Source: an uncultured archaeon
GTDB taxonomy: Archaea; Altiarchaeota; Altiarchaeia; JAFGQM01
Reading direction: 5' to 3'
Assembly (NCBI GenBank): GCA_964592405.1
Contig: CAZQBY010000003.1
Location: forward strand, 20,329 to 84,328
DNA: 64,000 nt
Below are positions 46,514 through 56,183 of this stretch, one piece after another. Numbering within the stretch: position 1 is the stretch's first letter; the number at the start of each line of letters is the position of its first letter. Position numbers and translations under genes: made by a program. The notes under the pieces were generated by a model. It was given only the letters and a program-made list of their open reading frames with translations, was not told the origin of the DNA and searched no databases.

Positions 46514-48505
46514 ATGAGAGTCCTGAAGCCATACCAGATTGCTAGCATTGCAGTTGTGTGTGTAGTCATCTTCATTCTGCTCCTACTGGGAAACCCGGTC
46601 TACACGAAAGTCGGTCTAGGGAATGAGTTCATGTGGCTTGAGACCGACAAGCGGATTAATGAAGATTTTATCTATTTGCATAGGGGAGATTCAGTGGTAC
46701 TTTATTTCATCCCGTGGGAGATGAAGCTGAATTACGGAGGTGAGGAGAGGAGGGTATTTGGATATGATAGCAATGAGAGTTGGTTCAATGGTGGGGACTC
46801 AAAGCGGATAGAGGTGAGCAGGAACGAGATGGTGATAACCTACTTCAACAAGAGCAAGGATCCTAGTGCAATAAGCATTTTGTTCAGGCTGGAGGGCGAT
46901 ATTCTAAAGTACAAGATTAGGGCTGAAGTCTTAAAGCCTGAGGAGTTGCATGGGATAGTCTACGGCTACCGGTTCAAGGGCCTTGGTTATAGGGAGATAA
47001 TAACTCCTAGCGATGAGGTCATAAAGAATGAGGGCCAGCAGAGCTTTACATTCACTAGGCTGCAAATACCCGAGGTGACAAAGGATTTCCAGCTTATGGT
47101 CTCGGATGACATCATGCTCAACATCAGCGGGGAGTTTGAGAGCATATGGAACTCATTGAAATGGCAGGTGTCACATTTCTACACGGATGTTGAAAAAAGT
47201 ATTGATATCAGGGTCCAAGAGCCAAGGCCCTTGGATGTTCCAAAGGCAAGTCTTCGCCTAGTGGCCAAGGATGAGATAATTGAGAATGACGTTTATCTAT
47301 ACCACGATGAGGAAACCGTGCTGGAGCTGGACCCGTGGGAGATGAAGCTGAATTACGGAGGTGAGGAGAGGAGGGTATTTGGATATGATAGCAATGAGAG
47401 TTGGTTCAATGGTGGGGACTCAAAGCGGATAGAGGTGAGCAGGAACGAGATGGTGATAACCTACTTCAACAAGAGCAAGGATCCTAGTGCAATAAGCATT
47501 TTGTTCAGGCTGGAGGGCGATATTCTAAAGTACAAGATTAGGGCTGAAGTCTTAAAGCCTGAGGAGTTGCATGGGATAGTCTACGGCTACCGGTTCAAGG
47601 GCCTTGGTTATAGGGAGATAATAACTCCTAGCGATGAGGTCATAAAGAATGAGGGCCAGCAGAGCTTTACATTCACTAGGCTGCAAATACCCGAGGTGAC
47701 AAAGGATTTCCAGCTTATGGTCTCGGATGACATCATGCTCAACATCAGCGGGGAGTTTGAGAGCATATGGAACTCATTGAAATGGCAGGTGTCACATTTC
47801 TACACGGATGTTGACGGGAGTATAAGCATCAGGGTACAGGATAGGGGAGAATTAAAAACTCCGGAAAAGGGCCTGTATCTGATTACTGATGAAAGGCTCT
47901 CCGAGAACATTGTCCATTTATATGAAGGGGGAGAAGAAATCTTGTACTTCAGACCTGAGGAGATGGGACTGAATTATAGAGGTGAGGAAAAAGTAGTCTT
48001 TGAGTATGACAATCCAGAGGCTTACTTTAACAAGAGCGACTCGAAGAGGGTCGAAGTTAGCGGGAACGAGATGGTGATAACCTACTTCAACAAGAGCAAA
48101 GATCCTAGTGCAATAAGCATTTTGTTCAGGCTGGAGGGTGATGGGATAAAGTATGACATTGTTCCTGAGGTAGCGTGGCCCATATATCTTGAAGGGGTCT
48201 ACTATGGATACAACTTCGGTGGCTTGGGCTATCGTGAGATAACAACGCCAACCGGGAACGTAATAAATGCTACGGGAAATGCAAGTCACACTGATATATT
48301 GATTGGATCCAAGACTTGGAATGATTACCAGAGCATGATCTCAGATGAGCGAATTCTGAATTTCAGCGGTGATTTCACAAAGACATGGAACTCGCTGAAA
48401 TGGCAAGTGTCACATCTATACAGTGAGGGGGAAGGGGGAGTTTACATTAATGTTCAAGACCTTGAGAAGGGGGATGTTCCGAAGGATGAAGAACAAGACA
48501 TTTAG
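46514..48505 (+). CDS. membrane-anchored protein with three ~207-aa internal repeats
   Basis: N-terminal TM; WNSLKWQVSH occurs three times; beta-rich. Confidence 0.8.
   Translation: MRVLKPYQIASIAVVCVVIFILLLLGNPVYTKVGLGNEFMWLETDKRINEDFIYLHRGDSVVLYFIPWEMKLNYGGEERRVFGYDSNESWFNGGDSKRIEVSRNEMVITYFNKSKDPSAISILFRLEGDILKYKIRAEVLKPEELHGIVYGYRFKGLGYREIITPSDEVIKNEGQQSFTFTRLQIPEVTKDFQLMVSDDIMLNISGEFESIWNSLKWQVSHFYTDVEKSIDIRVQEPRPLDVPKASLRLVAKDEIIENDVYLYHDEETVLELDPWEMKLNYGGEERRVFGYDSNESWFNGGDSKRIEVSRNEMVITYFNKSKDPSAISILFRLEGDILKYKIRAEVLKPEELHGIVYGYRFKGLGYREIITPSDEVIKNEGQQSFTFTRLQIPEVTKDFQLMVSDDIMLNISGEFESIWNSLKWQVSHFYTDVDGSISIRVQDRGELKTPEKGLYLITDERLSENIVHLYEGGEEILYFRPEEMGLNYRGEEKVVFEYDNPEAYFNKSDSKRVEVSGNEMVITYFNKSKDPSAISILFRLEGDGIKYDIVPEVAWPIYLEGVYYGYNFGGLGYREITTPTGNVINATGNASHTDILIGSKTWNDYQSMISDERILNFSGDFTKTWNSLKWQVSHLYSEGEGGVYINVQDLEKGDVPKDEEQDI
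46711..47814 (+). repeat. 483-bp intragenic direct repeat (46711-47193 and 47332-47814)
   Basis: Identical by eye at DNA level, period 621 bp; partial third copy at 48063-48138. Confidence 0.9.
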
Positions 48506-49118
48506 GGAAATTTATAGGAATATCAAACCAGTGATTCAGACTACTTTCAAGACATTGCTGATAATATTTTTATTGCTTTTGCTTGTACAACAATTTGATT
48601 CAAATCTCATTGATAGGTACATAAGCATGGATTATTTCTTGGTTGTCATCTTGGTTCTGGGAACTTTGACCATAGCAACTGGATGGGGGGGCATCTGGGG
48701 TGAACAACCTAAAGAGGCGCTGACTCAAAAGGAGTATGGCCTAATATTTCTGCTAGGGACCATTGGTGCTGTCCTGATTTGGTATAAGCTCGATTCCTTG
48801 GGCGCCGGTGGTGTAGCATATGTCGTTTCAGTGCTGAGCGGAGCCATAATCATAGTCCTCTCCCTGATGATTATGGGATGGGATTTGGGAGATCAACTGG
48901 GCGGAGTTGCCAGAGGAGATGGAAGAGGTATCCTAGAAGAAGGAGTACCAAAAGAACCTCCAAAGGAGCCGGGAAGAATTACTGAAGGCTATTGCGTCAA
49001 ATGCAAGGCAAAGCGTAAGATGACTAATGCTCAGTATGTAATTTTGAAAAACGGCAGGAGGGCAAAAAAGGGTTTTTGTTCTGTCTGCGGATCTGCCATG
49101 TATAAAATGGGCAGATGA
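48486..49118 (+). CDS. membrane protein with C-terminal DUF5679-like zinc ribbon
   Basis: Four TM helices; YCVKCKAKRKM...KNGR.A.KG.CSVCG. Confidence 0.75.
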   Translation: MKNKTFREIYRNIKPVIQTTFKTLLIIFLLLLLVQQFDSNLIDRYISMDYFLVVILVLGTLTIATGWGGIWGEQPKEALTQKEYGLIFLLGTIGAVLIWYKLDSLGAGGVAYVVSVLSGAIIIVLSLMIMGWDLGDQLGGVARGDGRGILEEGVPKEPPKEPGRITEGYCVKCKAKRKMTNAQYVILKNGRRAKKGFCSVCGSAMYKMGR

Positions 49119-49164
49119 GCTGCGCTTTTTAAGTTCCAGCCATTATAATCCCCAACCTAGTAAG

Positions 49165-50088
49165 ATGATGTTGGTAACCGGTGGAGCAGGTTTCATAGGT
49201 AGCAATCTAGTTGATGCGTTACTGAAGAAGGGTTATGAGGTCAGAGTATTGGACGATCTGTCGACAGGCAGGATGGAAAACCTGAATGCTGCCTCAGGCA
49301 GTAGGGGATTTGAGTTTGTCAAGGGAGATATCAGGAACTTCAACAGTAAGATCTTAAAGGACGTTGAGATGGTATTTCACCAAGCGGCGCAGGTTGCTGT
49401 GAGAAGGTCCATAAAAGAGCCCCTGTACGATCTGGATGTGAATGTGTCTGGGACCCTGAATCTCCTCGAGAGTATGCGAAAGAATGACATCGGCAAGATA
49501 GTGTATGCCTCGTCAGGGGGAGCAGTCTATGGAAACCCAAAATATCTGCCATGTGATGAGAAACATCCAACAGATCCCGTAAGCCCCTATGGTGCGTCAA
49601 AGCTAGCGGCTGAGAAATATATACGAGTCTATCACGAAAACTACGGCATTGATTATGTGAACCTGCGATATGGCAATGTCTATGGTCCTCGGCAGGACCC
49701 CTCAGGTGAAGCTGGAGTAATTGCAATATTTCTGAACAAGGCCCTGAGCAGAAAAAAGCTTATCATCTTTGGCGACGGTTCACAGACGAGAGACTATATA
49801 CATGTGTATGATGTCATAGGTGCAAATCTGCTCGCGATTGACAATAGGATGAACGGCGACAGCTTTAATGTGGGGACAGGTATTGAGACCTCTGTAAACC
49901 AGCTGGTTGCCATGATACGAAGCCTGATGCATAATGACATCATTGCAGAGCATGGGGAAGGCATAAAAGGTGAGGTCAAGAGGATATTTCTAGATATCTC
50001 GAAGATTAGAAAATTCGGTTTCAAGGCGAGATATAATCTGGAGATGGGTATAAGGAGTGTCTTGAAGTGGATGTCTGACAGAAGATGA
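49165..50088 (+). CDS. NAD-dependent epimerase/dehydratase (UDP-glucose 4-epimerase-like)
   Basis: TGGAGFIGS, SPYGASK, RYGNVYGPRQ, GDGSQTRDY. Confidence 0.92.
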   Translation: MMLVTGGAGFIGSNLVDALLKKGYEVRVLDDLSTGRMENLNAASGSRGFEFVKGDIRNFNSKILKDVEMVFHQAAQVAVRRSIKEPLYDLDVNVSGTLNLLESMRKNDIGKIVYASSGGAVYGNPKYLPCDEKHPTDPVSPYGASKLAAEKYIRVYHENYGIDYVNLRYGNVYGPRQDPSGEAGVIAIFLNKALSRKKLIIFGDGSQTRDYIHVYDVIGANLLAIDNRMNGDSFNVGTGIETSVNQLVAMIRSLMHNDIIAEHGEGIKGEVKRIFLDISKIRKFGFKARYNLEMGIRSVLKWMSDRR

Positions 50089-51044
50089 CAAAACTGGTTG
50101 TGATGATTCCTGCAAAGAACGAAAAAGGCAGAATAGAGAGAGTGATAGCCGGAGTTCCCAGAAAAATTGCAGGGATTAGCAGTGTCAGGGTCCTAGTAAT
50201 TGATGACGATAGCACTGACGGGACAGGCAAAACTGCAAAGATGGCCGGGGCTGATAGGATAATTCGTTTTGACAAGAGCAGGGGGCTTGCCACGGCCTTT
50301 AAAACAGGGCTTGAGACCGCACTTGAAATGGGAGCGGATGTGATAGTGAATATTGATGCAGACGGACAGTATGACAGCAGGGAGATCCCAAAATTGATTA
50401 GGCCGGTAATCGAGGGAAGGGTGGACATGGTGCTTGGAGCAAGGAATATCGATGAGCTGGAGGATATGCCAATGGGAAAGCTGATTGGCAATAAGATAGT
50501 GACTTTCATAATGAGGGTTTTGACAGGTCTTCCGATAACTGATGCACAGACGGGCTTTAGGGCTTTCTCAAAAGAGGCAGCTTTGAGACTTAACATTTTG
50601 TCGAAGAAGACTTATGTACATGAGACTATCATAGAGGCTGCAATAAAGAGGCTGAAAATAGCTGAGGTCCCGATAACCTTCAGAAGAAGGATGGGTAAAT
50701 CACGCTTGATTCACAGTATATATTCTTATGCTACGAAGGAGGGCATAACCATTCTGAAGACTTACAGGGATTACAACCCAATGGGATTCTTCGGCCTGAG
50801 TGGGGTGTTTATACTCGGAATAGGCCTTGTACTCATAACCGGGATGACCCTTGGGTATATGAGCAGTCAGAGAGAGGGTACTTTTCTGCTGTTGCCATTG
50901 GCTCTTATTGTAATAGGGGGCTTGACAATATTTTATGGGTTCCTGCTCAGCAGAAGCGAAAGGCGGAGGACACTAGTTGAGGAGAGGATCTATCAGGAGA
51001 GGAAACGAAGGCTAGAGAAAAAATCGCGGAGGGAAAAGAGATGA
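50085..51044 (+). CDS. GT2 glycosyltransferase (DPM1-like) with C-terminal TM helices
   Basis: IPAKNE, IDDDSTD, IDADGQY, TDAQTGFRAF. Confidence 0.9.
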   Translation: MTKLVVMIPAKNEKGRIERVIAGVPRKIAGISSVRVLVIDDDSTDGTGKTAKMAGADRIIRFDKSRGLATAFKTGLETALEMGADVIVNIDADGQYDSREIPKLIRPVIEGRVDMVLGARNIDELEDMPMGKLIGNKIVTFIMRVLTGLPITDAQTGFRAFSKEAALRLNILSKKTYVHETIIEAAIKRLKIAEVPITFRRRMGKSRLIHSIYSYATKEGITILKTYRDYNPMGFFGLSGVFILGIGLVLITGMTLGYMSSQREGTFLLLPLALIVIGGLTIFYGFLLSRSERRRTLVEERIYQERKRRLEKKSRREKR

Positions 51045-52186
51045 AGGTCATGTTGATAGGCACCCTGCCCCCGATAAAAGGGATAAGTCCCTACTGTCAG
51101 GGACTGCTTGAGGCGCTTTCGAAAAGGATCGACGTGGAATTTATTGGGTTCAAGAAGATCTATCCTGATTTTTTGTATCCCGGAGGAACGAGAATACGGG
51201 ACAAAGAATACATGCTGATTAAAATAAAAAATACGAAGGTTAGGAATGTTCTAACCTACTATAACCCTCTCTCATGGATCTGGGCTGGATTAACTGCCAA
51301 GGGAGAGATAATACATGCCCAGTGGTGGAGCAATGTACTTGCTCCGGTATATTTCACGCTTTTGTTTATCTACAAGTTCCTAAAGAGGAAAAGGATCCTT
51401 ATCACAGTCCATAACGTCATACCACATGAAACAACTAACCTAGACCGGATTCTGAACAGGCTTGTCTTGAGCTTTGGAGATCGGTTCATCACTCATACAG
51501 AGGGGGATAGAAAAAGTCTCTCTGAAATCTATGACATTCCTAAGGAGAAAATTGATGTCGTACCTCACGGCATCCTGATTCCAGCGCCCATTATGGGCAT
51601 CTCAAAGAAGGATGCCAAGAAACACTTGGGGATAGCTATGAACAGTAGAGTGGTACTGTATTTTGGAAACATACGGGCCTACAAAGGCTTGGACATTCTA
51701 ATCAGAGCCATGAAACATGTCATAGAGAGAGAGCCACGGGCGATATTGCTGATAGCCGGGGAACTTTGGGAAGATTGGCAAAAGTATGAAGATGCCATCG
51801 CGGAAAGCGGCATAGGTGGAAATGTGATGAAGGTGCTGAACTTCATCCCGCCATCCGAGGTGGAGTACTATTTCAGCTCTGCGGACGTGGTGGTGTTGCC
51901 ATACAAGCACTTCGACTCGCAGAGCGGAGTGGGAGCGATGGCCCTTGCCTTTGGCAAGCCGCTGGTTGTAACTAGAGTCGGCGGGCTCCCGGATTTCGTC
52001 AAGGATGAGCTGGCAATAGCTAGACCCAATGACGCAGGCGATTTGGCAAAGGTAATAGCTAGAATCCTAAGGGATGACAGGTTATCCGATAAGTTGTCTA
52101 GCGAGTCACGACAGCTTGCGAAGAGGTATAAGTGGGGAGATGCGGCAGAGAAAACAGTCCAGATATATGAAAAATTATCAAGATGA
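51041..52186 (+). CDS. GT4 glycosyltransferase
   Basis: FGNIRAYKGLD, ADVVVLPY, SQSGV, KPLVVTRVGG. Confidence 0.9.
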   Translation: MKVMLIGTLPPIKGISPYCQGLLEALSKRIDVEFIGFKKIYPDFLYPGGTRIRDKEYMLIKIKNTKVRNVLTYYNPLSWIWAGLTAKGEIIHAQWWSNVLAPVYFTLLFIYKFLKRKRILITVHNVIPHETTNLDRILNRLVLSFGDRFITHTEGDRKSLSEIYDIPKEKIDVVPHGILIPAPIMGISKKDAKKHLGIAMNSRVVLYFGNIRAYKGLDILIRAMKHVIEREPRAILLIAGELWEDWQKYEDAIAESGIGGNVMKVLNFIPPSEVEYYFSSADVVVLPYKHFDSQSGVGAMALAFGKPLVVTRVGGLPDFVKDELAIARPNDAGDLAKVIARILRDDRLSDKLSSESRQLAKRYKWGDAAEKTVQIYEKLSR

Positions 52187-53271
52187 GAATTGGTGTAATA
52201 ACGTATGATTTTTACCCATATAAGGGGGGGCAGGGAAGGTACCTAATTGAACTCTACAACAGGATTTACAAAAAGGAAGATTTTTTGGTGTTCTCGCCCA
52301 ACGTCAATAATCTGAAAAACCATATAACCCTTTTTAAGGTCACCCAGTTGTTTGGTAAAAACTTACTATATTCCCTCCTGCTTAATTTTAAGATTGATGA
52401 CTTGATTAGAAAATATGGTTTAGATATTGTTCATCTTAACTGTGGACCGGGAGGCATTTTGCTTAATAAAAAGCCCAAAGCCAGATTAATCTGCACTGTT
52501 TACCACACTTATTACCAGCAACAAAAGTACATCTCTGGCCAGAAGTGGAAATACCTTCTATACTCTTTGGAGAAGAGAATGTACGGAAATGCAGACAAAT
52601 TAATAGCGGTTTCGGAGGACACGAGGAATGTTCTAATCCAGAATTATGGTGTTGATTCATCTAAAATAGAACTTATCCATTGCGGTGTCGATCTTAAGAG
52701 ATTCAAACGGGATGAAAAAATCCAGAAGTTTGAGAATAGCTTACTTTTTGTTGGGCGTTTGGACAAGCGAAAGGGCATAGACTTTTTGATCAAGGCACTT
52801 CCCCTTGTAAAGAAGGAGATACCTAACGTCAAATTGTTTGTGATTGGGAGTAAGAAAATGCCGAAAAACCTGGAAAATTTTATTAGAAAAAACGGGATGG
52901 AGCAGGACATAGAATTATTGGGCTTTGTTCAAGAGAGCCTTTCTGAATGGTATAACCATTGCCAAATAACAACCGTGCCTTCAGTTTTTGAGGGCCTTGG
53001 GATAGTTGCTTTAGAGTCTATGGCTTGCGGAACACCTGTCGTTGCCAGCGATGTGGATGGACTAAGAAGTATTATAGAAAACAACAAAAACGGCATATTG
53101 GTTGAATACAACAATAAAGAGGAATTGGCAAACCAGATTGTTAGATTATTAAAGACGCCCTTGTTAAGAAAAAAATTTTCTAAGAATGGGTTAAAAACTG
53201 TTAAAGAAAAATTTGATATGGATAGAATTGCCTTAAAGACTGTGAAGATGTATGAAAATGTCGTATATTGA
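52183..53271 (+). CDS. GT4 glycosyltransferase
   Basis: FVGRLDKRKG, PSVFEGLGIVALESMACGTPVVAS. Confidence 0.9.
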   Translation: MRIGVITYDFYPYKGGQGRYLIELYNRIYKKEDFLVFSPNVNNLKNHITLFKVTQLFGKNLLYSLLLNFKIDDLIRKYGLDIVHLNCGPGGILLNKKPKARLICTVYHTYYQQQKYISGQKWKYLLYSLEKRMYGNADKLIAVSEDTRNVLIQNYGVDSSKIELIHCGVDLKRFKRDEKIQKFENSLLFVGRLDKRKGIDFLIKALPLVKKEIPNVKLFVIGSKKMPKNLENFIRKNGMEQDIELLGFVQESLSEWYNHCQITTVPSVFEGLGIVALESMACGTPVVASDVDGLRSIIENNKNGILVEYNNKEELANQIVRLLKTPLLRKKFSKNGLKTVKEKFDMDRIALKTVKMYENVVY

Positions 53272-54982
53272 AAGGGAATGGCTAGGTTGGTTATCTCTTG
53301 CTCTGATAGTATCAGTTTTTGGTTTTTTCTATTTTGGCATGATTTTTTCCTTGCCCTTATTTGGTGATGCCGCCAGCCATGGAAGCATAACGAAGGAAGT
53401 GATTGCTAGAGGAGTCTTAGCTACCAATGCCACATATCCTCCAGTTTACAGCGTATTCCAAGGCGTTCTAGTCTCGTTATTCGGGGAGGAGGGCATGAAT
53501 GCTATTGTTTTTTTGGGTGTTTTGCTTATAGGGCTTTCCGTTTTTCTATTGACTAAGGAATTGACCAATAGGATATCAGTCGCACTGGTAAGTGCTATAA
53601 TCGTTTTGGCTTCTCCAAAACTGATATTCTATTCCGCGAGGATGTATATGGAGATCCTTATTTCGGGTCTTTTTGTCTTTACGATCTTTTTGTTGCTGAG
53701 GTTCGTTAAAGACAAATCTAATAAGAATCTGTTTCTGCTGGTTCTTTTCACATCAGTCACCGCCTCCATCAAACAACAGGGCCTCTTTATCCTTTTCCCC
53801 TCCATCCTAGCATCCCTTTGTTGTTTTTTCATCATAGAGAGGAGGTGGAATAAAGACAAAATCCAGAACATGGTGAGTAGGAGACATATAGTTGCATATC
53901 TCCTAATTTTCCTGTTGCTAATATTTCCTGCATATCTCGTAGTAGTGCACACTAGCGGCGAAATAGTGCAGGGTAGTAATGAATTCGACGTACTTAGGAA
54001 AATCAATTACGCTGGGCAAAGGATAAGCGGTTACAAGGAATCGCCAGAGGACATCAAATTCAATGAAAAATGGGGCCAAAGATTGGAGTGGATACAAGAG
54101 AAATATTGGTCCGTTGGTACAAGATTGGCTGAGACTAGACACATATGGCCACTCGATCCGATAACCTCATGGGATGGGTTTACAAAAACAAACGGTTTGT
54201 ATCTGGAAAGGTTTTGGGGCGGGTCGACGAGTGAGAGACTGGCGAACTCCATGAACATCCTGATGCTCTTTGGCCTCATCCTGTTCGTGTTGAACATATT
54301 CCTTAGGGATAAGATTCTCGGGTTTGGGCACACGAGTCTGCAGAGATACTTCCTTATTTTTTTGCTAATCTTTCTCATAATCAATTATGCGTTCTTCTTT
54401 CGAAACACAGATCAGACTAGATATCATCTATTCATCGCGATTATATTCTCGTTGTTTTCTGCAATCGGGATTTATTTTTTGGTGGATGTTTTTGTTCTGA
54501 TGGGGGGTTTCCCCGAACATATAAAGATATTGACAACTTCCCTGATTGTGATGGTATTAATCATGTCTCTCATCACACTGGCGTATGAGGACAGCAATTT
54601 CAATAAAAGGTGGTACAAGTCACAGATATACAGGCCGAGTAAAGGTGGTATTGCATCCATAAAAGAGGCAGGAGAATGGTTAGATAACCATACTGAGGAG
54701 AATGCTAGGATATGGCAAAGTTGTGGCAATGAGCTTGCATATTACTCTGAGAGGGAAGTCACCGGCAATTTCTGGTTCTACTTCCTAGAGGAATCAGAGC
54801 TAAGAGAGATATTCAGAGACCAAAATGTTGAGTATATAGTCATATTGGATTCGCAAATTGTGGATGATGAGAAATGGAGAAACTTATGTTGGGTACCAAA
54901 ATCATTTGCGGAAAAAATCAAGAAGATTTACCCCCTAGCCTACAGGACATCCTTTGGGGACATCAACATCTACAAAGTCTGA
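53252..54982 (+). CDS. multi-pass GT-C-like membrane glycosyltransferase
   Basis: GD..SH, YPP, about 11 TM helices, RY motif, EAGEWL..HT soluble tail. Confidence 0.65.
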   Translation: MKMSYIEREWLGWLSLALIVSVFGFFYFGMIFSLPLFGDAASHGSITKEVIARGVLATNATYPPVYSVFQGVLVSLFGEEGMNAIVFLGVLLIGLSVFLLTKELTNRISVALVSAIIVLASPKLIFYSARMYMEILISGLFVFTIFLLLRFVKDKSNKNLFLLVLFTSVTASIKQQGLFILFPSILASLCCFFIIERRWNKDKIQNMVSRRHIVAYLLIFLLLIFPAYLVVVHTSGEIVQGSNEFDVLRKINYAGQRISGYKESPEDIKFNEKWGQRLEWIQEKYWSVGTRLAETRHIWPLDPITSWDGFTKTNGLYLERFWGGSTSERLANSMNILMLFGLILFVLNIFLRDKILGFGHTSLQRYFLIFLLIFLIINYAFFFRNTDQTRYHLFIAIIFSLFSAIGIYFLVDVFVLMGGFPEHIKILTTSLIVMVLIMSLITLAYEDSNFNKRWYKSQIYRPSKGGIASIKEAGEWLDNHTEENARIWQSCGNELAYYSEREVTGNFWFYFLEESELREIFRDQNVEYIVILDSQIVDDEKWRNLCWVPKSFAEKIKKIYPLAYRTSFGDINIYKV

Positions 54983-54991
54983 TGGATAAAA

Positions 54992-56176
54992 ATGAGGATC
55001 CTATTGCTTAGCGACTATGTGGCCGAGTTTGGCGGCGCAGAAGAGGTTGTCCTGAAGACAAGAAAACTTCTTGAGAAAAAAGGTCATGAGGTCCGAATCA
55101 TCGGCTCGGATAAACGGAGAATTCTTAGTTCCTTTTTTAGCAGATGGCTTAGCGCCAAATATTACCGCCAAACAAGGAGGTTGATAAAAAGCTTTAAGCC
55201 GGATATAGTCCATTGCCATAACTTCACTAGAAACATCTCGCCATCCCCCCTGCTGGCCGCAAAAAGGCTGGAAGTTCCCACTGTGCTGACCGTCCACGAT
55301 TTCTATCTGTATTGCCCAAAGACTTGTGGGATATTCAGCGATGGAAAGGTCTGCGAAAGGGGGTATAATATGCTGTGTCCCTTCTACCAATGCAAAACCC
55401 ATAAGGTTGGCTATCAGTACGTACCATACTATCTCCTGAAATGGCTGAAGGCAGGCATGCACAGGTATATAATAAGAAAAAACGTGGATTATTTTATCTG
55501 CCCCACAGAGGCATTAAAGCGGTTAATAACAAGATCATTGGGTGTAGAGGACAGCAGGGTAATCCATCTGCCAAACTTCATTGAGACCAAGAATAAGAGG
55601 ATAGCCTTTGACAAAACGAATGAAAAACTGTTTCTGTTTGTGGGCAGATTGAGCAGGGAAAAGGGTGTTGATGTGGGAATCAGGGCGATGGACTATTTGA
55701 TTAAGAAGGAGGGTCTAAGGAATATCAAACTCAAGATTATAGGTGATGGGCCTGAGATGGAAAACCTTGTTAGGCAGGTCACCAAGCTTGGGCTGGACAA
55801 GAACATTAAATTCATAGGACAAGTGGAAAACAAGGGCTTGGGCCGATATTACCAAGAGTCTTGCGCAGTACTATTGCCGAGCGTTTACTTGGAGAATGCT
55901 CCCCTCGTCGCTTTGGAGGCTATGCTCAGCGGCAAGCCGATAATTGCCTCCGATATCGGAGGTCTACCGGAGCTGGTCGAGCACAACAAAACCGGCTATC
56001 TCTTTGAGATGAGCAATTATGTAGAGATGGGTGAGTATATGAAAAGGCTATATGATAACAGGGAATTATCAGCCAAACTGGGCAAGGCGGGATTTGAAAA
56101 ATGCAGGAGAGAGTTTAATGCACAATCACACTACAAGAGGCTGATGGAGATTTATGATGGCCTAATTTCTGGCTGA
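54992..56176 (+). CDS. GT4 glycosyltransferase
   Basis: GGAE, VHDF...CP, FVGRLSREKG, ENAPLVALEAM..GKPIIAS. Confidence 0.9.
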   Translation: MRILLLSDYVAEFGGAEEVVLKTRKLLEKKGHEVRIIGSDKRRILSSFFSRWLSAKYYRQTRRLIKSFKPDIVHCHNFTRNISPSPLLAAKRLEVPTVLTVHDFYLYCPKTCGIFSDGKVCERGYNMLCPFYQCKTHKVGYQYVPYYLLKWLKAGMHRYIIRKNVDYFICPTEALKRLITRSLGVEDSRVIHLPNFIETKNKRIAFDKTNEKLFLFVGRLSREKGVDVGIRAMDYLIKKEGLRNIKLKIIGDGPEMENLVRQVTKLGLDKNIKFIGQVENKGLGRYYQESCAVLLPSVYLENAPLVALEAMLSGKPIIASDIGGLPELVEHNKTGYLFEMSNYVEMGEYMKRLYDNRELSAKLGKAGFEKCRREFNAQSHYKRLMEIYDGLISG

Positions 56177-56183
56177 TATCAGG

